DNA of 13,884 bases, taken from Candidatus Krumholzibacteriia bacterium. Its GTDB lineage: Bacteria > Krumholzibacteriota > Krumholzibacteriia > LZORAL124-64-63. Location of the stretch: contig JAZBOO010000342.1 in NCBI GenBank assembly GCA_036351155.1, forward strand, positions 1 to 13,884, read 5' to 3'. The first letter of the stretch is position 1. Each line of letters opens with the position of its first letter. The notes under the pieces are model-generated. The model did not search any database. It worked only from the letters and a program-made list of their open reading frames with translations, and was not told where the DNA came from. Positions 8,247 to 13,884 of the stretch are shown in pieces. Made by a program: the position numbers and the translations under genes.

Positions 8247-8318
8247 GGGGGTTAGACGCTTGCTCAGCGTTCCGACGGATCGGAAACAGCCACGGCACGG
8301 AAGGCAGGGGGCATCCCC

Positions 8319-10331
8319 ATGAAATTTCTGTTCACCGGTGGTGGCACCGGCGGACATCTGTATCCCGCCCTGGCGGTGGCCCGTGAACTGGCCGCCGACT
8401 CCACGCATGAACTTCTGTATGTGGGTATTCGCGGCCGCGCCGAGGACCAGGTCCTGGGCGGAGAACGCCGCGACCCTCGCTTGCCCCTGAAGCACGCCGC
8501 CAGCATGGGTTTTCCCGGGATGCGATCGCCCCGCCTGCCTCTTTTCCTCTTGAAGCTGGGCTGGGGCTGTGTGCAGGCCGGGTTCCATCTGCTGCGCTTC
8601 CGGCCCCACCTGGTGTTCGCCACCGGGGGATACGCCAGCGCTCCGGCCGTTTTTGCCGCACATTTCCTGCGGCGCCTCGGATTGTTGAGAACCCGCATCC
8701 TGGTGCACGAGCAGAACGTCCAGCCGGGGTTGATGAACCGGCAAGCCGCCGGCATGGCCGATCTGGTGGCGCTCACGTTTGCGGCGTCGGCGCGCTACCT
8801 GCCCGCAGCCCAGGTGCATCTTGCCGGCTATCCGGTGCGGCGCGACCTGCAGGATCGACCGGCGCGCCAGGAGGCCTGCCGCACCTTCGGCTTGACCCCC
8901 GAGAAACCCGTGCTCCTGGTGTTTGGCGGCAGCCAGGGTGCGCGCTGCATCAACCGCACCCTCTATGAAATCTTGCCCCAGCTGCTCGAGGCCGGCATCC
9001 AGGTGGTGCACGGCTACGGCGTGGCCAAGGGCGCTTACAACGCGGGAGCCGAGCATCAGGAGGCCCTGGCCCGGTTGCGCCAGGACCCGCAAACGGCGGC
9101 CCACATGGATCAGGCCTACCGACCTTTCGACTATCTCCATGAAATTCGCACGGCCTACGGGGCGGCCGATCTGGTGCTGGCCCGGGCGGGTGCCGGAGCC
9201 ATCTTCGAGCTGGTGACCTGCGGACTGCCTTCCATTCTGGTGCCCAAGATGGGGCTGCCCATGGACCATCAGGTGGCCAACGCGCGGCTCATCGAAAAAA
9301 CCGGGGCCGCCCAGGTGGTGCTGGAGCGCCCGCGGCCCGTGGATCAGGGGTTCGAGGAGGAGGTGGACGAGGCCGATCTGCGGCAGCGTATCATCAGCCT
9401 GATCGGCGATCCCGAGGCCCTGGCCGACATGGCCGCCCGGTGTGCGCCGCTGTCCATGGTCGGGGCGCTGGACGGTTTCGTGCAGATGACGCTGGATCTG
9501 GCCGCCGGTCGGTCCGTGTCCCTGGAGCCGGTGGAAGACGAGCCGGCGGCCGATGAACTGGCCCGGCTGGAAAGGGCGGAGGACGAGGAGCTGATCCGGC
9601 TGGCGCGCAAGTCGGCCCTCGGGACCGAGGTGCGGCGCTACCTGGCCTATCGCTACGGGGCGGCTCTGGCCTCGGAGAGCTGGACCCGGCGCAATCGCGG
9701 CATCAAGCTGGCGGGCGTGCTGCGGGACCGGGAGGCCCTGCCGCTGCTGCTGCACATCGCAAGGGATCCGCGGCGACCCGGCCTGCTGGCTCGGATGATG
9801 GGGGAGCGTCACTACCAGAACGGCTTCATCCGGCGCAACCTGGCCACGGCTCTGGGGCAAATCGGCGCGGCGGACCCCGAGGTCATCGCCCAGCTGACCA
9901 CCATGCTGAACGACACCTACTGGGAAGTGCGGGTCGAGGCGATCAAGGCCCTGAGCAAGCTGTCGCCGCGGGCTCACGAGGCGCCGCTGGTGGCGCGCAT
10001 CGAGGGGTTTCTGGCCAGCGGCAATTTCGAAGAGGTTCAGGCCGCGGTCTCCTACTGGGACCGGCGCGGGGTGACCGACAACTGGCGCGAGGCCATCCTG
10101 CCCCTGCTGAACCACAACAACATCCGGGTGCGCGAAGGGGTGGTGACCGCCCTGATCACTCAGATCAAGAAGCGCCGCCTGCCGGGGCGCGATCTCGACC
10201 CCATCCTGCGCGAAGTGCTGGTGACCAGCACCTGGTTCTCGCCGGAATTCCCGTTGAAGTCCCGGTTGCGCGACCTGGCCGTGGCCATCGATGAACAAGA
10301 GCCGGCGGCTCGCGAAGGGAACATGTCATGA
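8319..10331 (+). CDS. murG: MurG-family (GT28) lipid I GlcNAc transferase fused to a C-terminal HEAT-repeat domain (670 aa)
   Basis: GGGTGGHLYPALA, TGGYASAP, HEQN..PG..N, GYPVR (canonical GNPVR), GGSQGA..IN, RAGA, HQVANA. About 270 extra C-terminal residues contain HEAT/PBS-lyase-like units such as 'IRRNLATALGQIG...QLTTMLNDTYWEVRVEAIKALSKL'. Confidence 0.88.
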   Translation: MKFLFTGGGTGGHLYPALAVARELAADSTHELLYVGIRGRAEDQVLGGERRDPRLPLKHAASMGFPGMRSPRLPLFLLKLGWGCVQAGFHLLRFRPHLVFATGGYASAPAVFAAHFLRRLGLLRTRILVHEQNVQPGLMNRQAAGMADLVALTFAASARYLPAAQVHLAGYPVRRDLQDRPARQEACRTFGLTPEKPVLLVFGGSQGARCINRTLYEILPQLLEAGIQVVHGYGVAKGAYNAGAEHQEALARLRQDPQTAAHMDQAYRPFDYLHEIRTAYGAADLVLARAGAGAIFELVTCGLPSILVPKMGLPMDHQVANARLIEKTGAAQVVLERPRPVDQGFEEEVDEADLRQRIISLIGDPEALADMAARCAPLSMVGALDGFVQMTLDLAAGRSVSLEPVEDEPAADELARLERAEDEELIRLARKSALGTEVRRYLAYRYGAALASESWTRRNRGIKLAGVLRDREALPLLLHIARDPRRPGLLARMMGERHYQNGFIRRNLATALGQIGAADPEVIAQLTTMLNDTYWEVRVEAIKALSKLSPRAHEAPLVARIEGFLASGNFEEVQAAVSYWDRRGVTDNWREAILPLLNHNNIRVREGVVTALITQIKKRRLPGRDLDPILREVLVTSTWFSPEFPLKSRLRDLAVAIDEQEPAAREGNMS

Positions 10332-11434
10332 TCCTGTGGCTGGCGCAGCTGTTGGCCGAAGCGAACGAAGGCTGGGGCTTCCTGCGGCTGTTCGACTACC
10401 TGTCCTTTCGCGCGGTGATGGCCACCATGACCACCTTCGGGTTCAGCCTGATCATCGGGCGGCCCATGATCCGCATGCTGCACCGCAACGGGATCCGCGA
10501 TGTGGTGGAAGATTTCGGGGTCATCGACATCCGCGCCAAGCGGGGCACCCCCACCATGGGGGGGCTCATCATCATTTTCAGTTTCATGGTGGGTTACCTG
10601 CTGTGGTGTGAGCTGAGCAACCCGTTCACCTGGGCGGCCATCTTCGCGTTCCTGGCGTTCGGTTACATCGGGTTCATCGACGATCTGGGCAAGGTGCGCG
10701 GCGGCGGCGGCAAGCACGGCCTGTCGCAGCTGGCCAAGCTGGGGTTGCAGGTGGTGGCGGCGGGGTTGCTGGTCTGGTGGATGCTGTCCAGCTGGTCCCC
10801 GGTGCCCGACCCCATCCGCACCAAGCTGTTCCTGCCCTTCCTCATCAACCCGGTGCTGGACCTGGGCTGGCTGTATGCGCCCTTCATGGCCTTCGTCATC
10901 CTGGCGGTGGCCAACAGCGTGAACTTTGCCGACGGCATGGACGGCCTGGCCACGGTGCCGGTGGCCGTCAGTTACATGGTGTACGCGGTGTTTGCCTACG
11001 TGATCGGCAACGAGGTGTACAGCGGGTACCTGCAGTTCGACTACATCCTGGGCAGCGGCGAGCTGACCGTGGTGGCCGGCGCGGTCCTGGGCGCCTGCAT
11101 GGGTTTCCTGTGGTACAACTCGTACCCCGCCGAGGTTTTCATGGGTGACACCGGCAGCATGGCCCTGGGCGGCTTGCTGTCGCTGATCATCCTGGTGCTG
11201 AAGCAGGAGATCCTGTTCGTCATCGTGGGCGGTATTTTCGTGGCCGAAGGAGCCTCGGTGCTGCTGCAGCAGCAGGTGGGTTTCGCCATCCTGGGCCGCC
11301 GATTGTTGCTGCGCGCACCCATCCACCACGCCTTCGAGCGTCAGGGCATTGCCGAGACCAAGGTGGTGACCCGGTTCTGGATGGTGGCGCTGGTGCTCGG
11401 GTTCCTGGGCCTGCTCAGTTTGAAGGTCAGGTGA
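10328..11434 (+). CDS. mraY: Phospho-N-acetylmuramoyl-pentapeptide transferase MraY (368 aa)
   Basis: KRGTPTMGG, IGFIDD, NSVNFADGMDGLA, FLWYNSYPAEVFMGDTGSMALG, APIHHAFE; about 10 hydrophobic segments; ATGA overlap with the murG stop. Confidence 0.95.
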   Translation: MILWLAQLLAEANEGWGFLRLFDYLSFRAVMATMTTFGFSLIIGRPMIRMLHRNGIRDVVEDFGVIDIRAKRGTPTMGGLIIIFSFMVGYLLWCELSNPFTWAAIFAFLAFGYIGFIDDLGKVRGGGGKHGLSQLAKLGLQVVAAGLLVWWMLSSWSPVPDPIRTKLFLPFLINPVLDLGWLYAPFMAFVILAVANSVNFADGMDGLATVPVAVSYMVYAVFAYVIGNEVYSGYLQFDYILGSGELTVVAGAVLGACMGFLWYNSYPAEVFMGDTGSMALGGLLSLIILVLKQEILFVIVGGIFVAEGASVLLQQQVGFAILGRRLLLRAPIHHAFERQGIAETKVVTRFWMVALVLGFLGLLSLKVR

Positions 11435-12555
11435 GGGGCCGGCGCGCATGGGGCCTGGTGCTGGTCTGGATCCTGGCGGGAACAGTCCAGGCGCAGGATT
11501 TTCCCACCCGTTGGAATGACCAATCTCCTGCCGAAATTCTGACCTCACTGACGCTCGAGGAAAAAGTAGGGCAGCTTTTCATCGTTTACCACGGTCCGGC
11601 GGCCTTCATGGCGGAACACGGCTTCGGGGGCTCGCTGATTTTTTCTTCCATGGTGAAAAAGCCCGAGGAGTTGCAGGCGTCGCTGGCCGAGGCCCAGCGT
11701 CAGTGCAAGATCCCTTTGCTGGTGGCGATTGATCAGGAGGGGGGCAAGGTCAATCGGCTGCAGTCGGTGCCGGGTCTGGAGAACACCCCATCGGCAACGC
11801 AGATGGCGGAAATGGAGGCGGCCGGGATTATGGCGGTGACCCACCCCTGGGCCGAGGCCATGATCCGGCTGGGCATCAACACCAACCTGGCGCCGGTGCT
11901 GGATCCCGCGCGGGGGCCAGGGGGAGAGCTCACCCTGATGGGTAAGCGGGAGCGGGCGTTCGGCAGTTCTCCAGAAGAGATCCTTGCGCCGGCAGGCGCC
12001 GTCATGAGTTCCTTGGCAGGCAACGGAATCGGCTGCATCGTCAAGCATTTCCCGGGTTATAACGTTCTGCAGAACAGCGACCATGAGCTGGCGGTTTCCT
12101 CGGCGTCCCTGGCCGAGCTGGAGGCGCAGATCGTGGCCTTCACCCAGGCCATGCCCCGGGCTATGGGCGTGATGATGAGCAGCATCCGCTTCACCGCCGT
12201 TTCGGAAACGCCTGCGGTGCTGGATCCCTACTGGGTGGGACGGGCCCGGTGTGGGTACAGCGACCGCCTGGTCATGACCGATGATCTGTGGGGAGGCGCG
12301 CTGCGCGGCTGGGTGAGTGGAACCCATACGGTTGATCAGGTGGACTACCCTGCGGAGGATCTGCACCGCCTGGTGTTGCTGGCCTTCGACGCCGGGAACG
12401 ACATGCTGATGGTCACGTTTCCCGCCAAGGCCATCGAGATGAAGGCCATCCTGGTGGAGGCAATCCCGGGGGACCCGGTGCGGCAGGCCCTGCTGGATGG
12501 GGCGGTTTTGCGCATCTTGCAGGCGAAACTGGACTTGAATCTCTTTGTCAGGTAG
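11431..12555 (+). CDS. Exported single-domain GH3 glycoside hydrolase, NagZ-like beta-N-acetylglucosaminidase with variant motifs (374 aa)
   Basis: GTGA overlap with the mraY stop. Signal peptide MRGRRAWGLVLVWILAGTVQA. Motifs LTLEEKVGQLF, AIDQEGGKVNRL, NLAPVLD, ERAFG, KHFPG, MTDDL, AGNDMLM. Confidence 0.88.
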   Translation: MRGRRAWGLVLVWILAGTVQAQDFPTRWNDQSPAEILTSLTLEEKVGQLFIVYHGPAAFMAEHGFGGSLIFSSMVKKPEELQASLAEAQRQCKIPLLVAIDQEGGKVNRLQSVPGLENTPSATQMAEMEAAGIMAVTHPWAEAMIRLGINTNLAPVLDPARGPGGELTLMGKRERAFGSSPEEILAPAGAVMSSLAGNGIGCIVKHFPGYNVLQNSDHELAVSSASLAELEAQIVAFTQAMPRAMGVMMSSIRFTAVSETPAVLDPYWVGRARCGYSDRLVMTDDLWGGALRGWVSGTHTVDQVDYPAEDLHRLVLLAFDAGNDMLMVTFPAKAIEMKAILVEAIPGDPVRQALLDGAVLRILQAKLDLNLFVR

Positions 12556-12563
12556 ATCGTTCT

Positions 12564-12621
12564 GACTCCTTGGCTGGTCGCGATAACCCACTCTCCTGCT
12601 GGGTCTTATCGCCAAGAAGTC
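12564..12621 (+). terminator. Long imperfect hairpin after the GH3 gene (possible terminator or 3' stabilising structure)
   Basis: Outer stem gactccttg (12564-72) / caagaagtc (12613-21) with one mismatch. Inner stems gcgata (12580-85) / tatcgc (12607-12) and accca (12586-90) / tgggt (12600-04). No adjacent U-tract. Confidence 0.4.
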
Positions 12622-12623
12622 CC

Positions 12624-12673
12624 AAAAAAACAACACTTTTAATTTACTAATTTTTATTACAATATGTTAAAAT
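12624..12673 (+). promoter_or_regulatory. AT-rich promoter region with extended -10 for the downstream gene
   Basis: About 50 nt of very AT-rich sequence in a high-GC context. TG-t-TAAAAT at 12665-12673, alternative TACAAT at 12658-12663. Downstream SD GGAGG at 12721-12725. Confidence 0.5.
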
Positions 12674-12733
12674 AGTCCCTCGTTGAAATTGAGTCCCCAG
12701 TTCTCTTCCTGAAATTCCCCGGAGGATCACATC

Positions 12734-13884
12734 TTGAAGCTGTCATCCCATTGGTCTGCCTTCATCGTTCTAGGCACCTTGGCCTTCACCCTGTCGCTGG
12801 CCGGTCCGGCCCAGGCTGAGTGGAGCCACGATCCCACCGTCAACACCAACCTGACCACCACGGACAACCACTTTGGCAGCTCATGGATGCAAACGGTGCC
12901 GGGAAACACCGGTGAAGTGATCAGCATGTGGGAGAACTGGGACGACCGGCAGGTGATTGTGGCCCAGAAACTGGACGCTGACGGTGTGCCGCTGTGGGGC
13001 AATGGTGGGGCGGTCGTCATCGCGGACAGCATGTTCACCGGGCACCCGTGTATTGCCCCCGATGGAAGCGGGGGAATGTTCCTGGTGTGGAGCAAGCCTG
13101 CGCCCACCGGCACTCTGGCGCGCATCCAGCACTTCGACCAGAATGGTGATCCGACCTGGGTGACCGGTGGCGTTGTCATGCAGCAATTTGCTCTGGTCGG
13201 CACGGTTCAATCTGAACCCCAGGTGGTTTCCGATGGGCAAGGCGGCGCCATCGTGGCCTGGATCCATGACGGGGACAACAATGACTCGGTCTACGTCCAG
13301 CGGTTCAATGCGGCCGGTACCCGGCAATGGAGCTCGGGCACCCTGGCATCGTTCACCACGGGAGATGCTCGGGCTTTGGGCCTTCACACGGGGACTTTGG
13401 TGGGTGAAGCTTGTCTGGCCTGGGCGCAACAGGGCGGGGACACGGGTTGGGATCTCTTTGGCCAGTACGTCTTGCCGGACGGTTCGACTCAGTGGACCAC
13501 GGAAGAGGAAACCGTGATCTGCAACTCCCCCGGAGACCAGTTCAGTCCCCAGGTCGTCTCCTTTGACTACAAGGGTCTCCTGGCCAGCTGGGTGGGCTAT
13601 GGGGATGGCGAAACGCCACAGGTTTACGTCCAGTTCAAGCACCGCTACGGGATCTTGATGTACGGGGCCAGTGGCCAGAACGCCGTTGGCTACTATGCCT
13701 CCCAGGGAGATCCTCACCTGTGCGCCGGACCAGACCGGGATGCCTACCTGATCTACACGGACGGGCCCGGATGGAATGAACAGGGAGGGCGTGTAGCTGT
13801 CAACCGCTTTGAGCGGGATTGGAGTTTTGTCTGGGGGTACCAGGGGCTCACCCTGTCCGAGCAGGAGCGGTGCCTGTATAAATC
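12734..13884 (+). CDS. 3'-truncated secreted beta-propeller-type repeat protein (at least 383 aa); absent from the supplied ORF track
   Basis: GGAGG at 12721-12725, TTG start at 12734, no stop to the window end. My translation: MKLSSHWSAFIVLGTLAFTLSLAGPAQA|EWSHDPTVN..., with recurring units 'VAQKLDADGVPLW', 'IAPDGSGGMFLVW', 'RIQHFDQNGDPTW', 'VSDGQGGAIVAW', 'YVQRFNAAGTRQW', 'FGQYVLPDGSTQW'. Confidence 0.88.
   Translation, partial: MKLSSHWSAFIVLGTLAFTLSLAGPAQAEWSHDPTVNTNLTTTDNHFGSSWMQTVPGNTGEVISMWENWDDRQVIVAQKLDADGVPLWGNGGAVVIADSMFTGHPCIAPDGSGGMFLVWSKPAPTGTLARIQHFDQNGDPTWVTGGVVMQQFALVGTVQSEPQVVSDGQGGAIVAWIHDGDNNDSVYVQRFNAAGTRQWSSGTLASFTTGDARALGLHTGTLVGEACLAWAQQGGDTGWDLFGQYVLPDGSTQWTTEEETVICNSPGDQFSPQVVSFDYKGLLASWVGYGDGETPQVYVQFKHRYGILMYGASGQNAVGYYASQGDPHLCAGPDRDAYLIYTDGPGWNEQGGRVAVNRFERDWSFVWGYQGLTLSEQERCLYK

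Noticed and set aside
7902..10298. 798-aa minus-strand ORF antisense to murG-HEAT
   Set aside because: Shadow ORF from high-GC codon bias; no recognisable motifs, and it fully overlaps a well-supported gene.
10160..12636. 462-aa and 363-aa minus-strand ORFs opposite mraY and the GH3 gene
   Set aside because: Same antisense artefact; the + strand genes carry complete family motifs.
12727..13717. ORF-track entries 12727-13203(-), 12881-13717(-), 12957-13163(+), 13167-13517(+)
   Set aside because: All overlap the better-supported frame starting at 12734, which has an SD, a signal peptide and repeats.
1..13884. CRISPR array, tRNA/rRNA, IS or integrase, reverse transcriptase/DGR template-variable repeat pair
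   Set aside because: By eye I found no regularly spaced DNA repeats, long near-identical duplications or such genes; repeats here are at protein level only. A self dot-plot would confirm.

Overview
Bacterial genomic window, probably from an FCB-group lineage such as Ca. Krumholzibacteriota/Latescibacterota (inferred from the FlgD-Ig/T9SS-type tail and the terminal 'S-x-G-x-x-[KR]-x-x-F-R' motif; not verified). It has three parts. (1) 1-5166: a lower-GC block of three + strand genes for probably exported proteins: a 5'-truncated clan GH-A glycoside-hydrolase-like domain fused to a 7-repeat FG-GAP propeller and an ASPIC/UnbV domain; an unknown-domain protein with a FlgD-Ig/T9SS-A-like C-terminus; and a right-handed beta-helix protein with a short basic C-terminal motif. 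(2) 5113-12555: a high-GC block with a membrane Ser/Thr kinase-TPR gene on the minus strand, divergent from a translationally coupled three-gene operon: murG fused to HEAT repeats, mraY, and an exported NagZ-like GH3 with an altered catalytic loop. This stand-alone operon lies outside any dcw cluster and is the most unusual item. (3) 12556-13884: a hairpin, an AT-rich promoter region, and a 3'-truncated secreted beta-propeller-repeat gene missing from the ORF track. I saw no RNA genes, CRISPR arrays or mobile-element genes.
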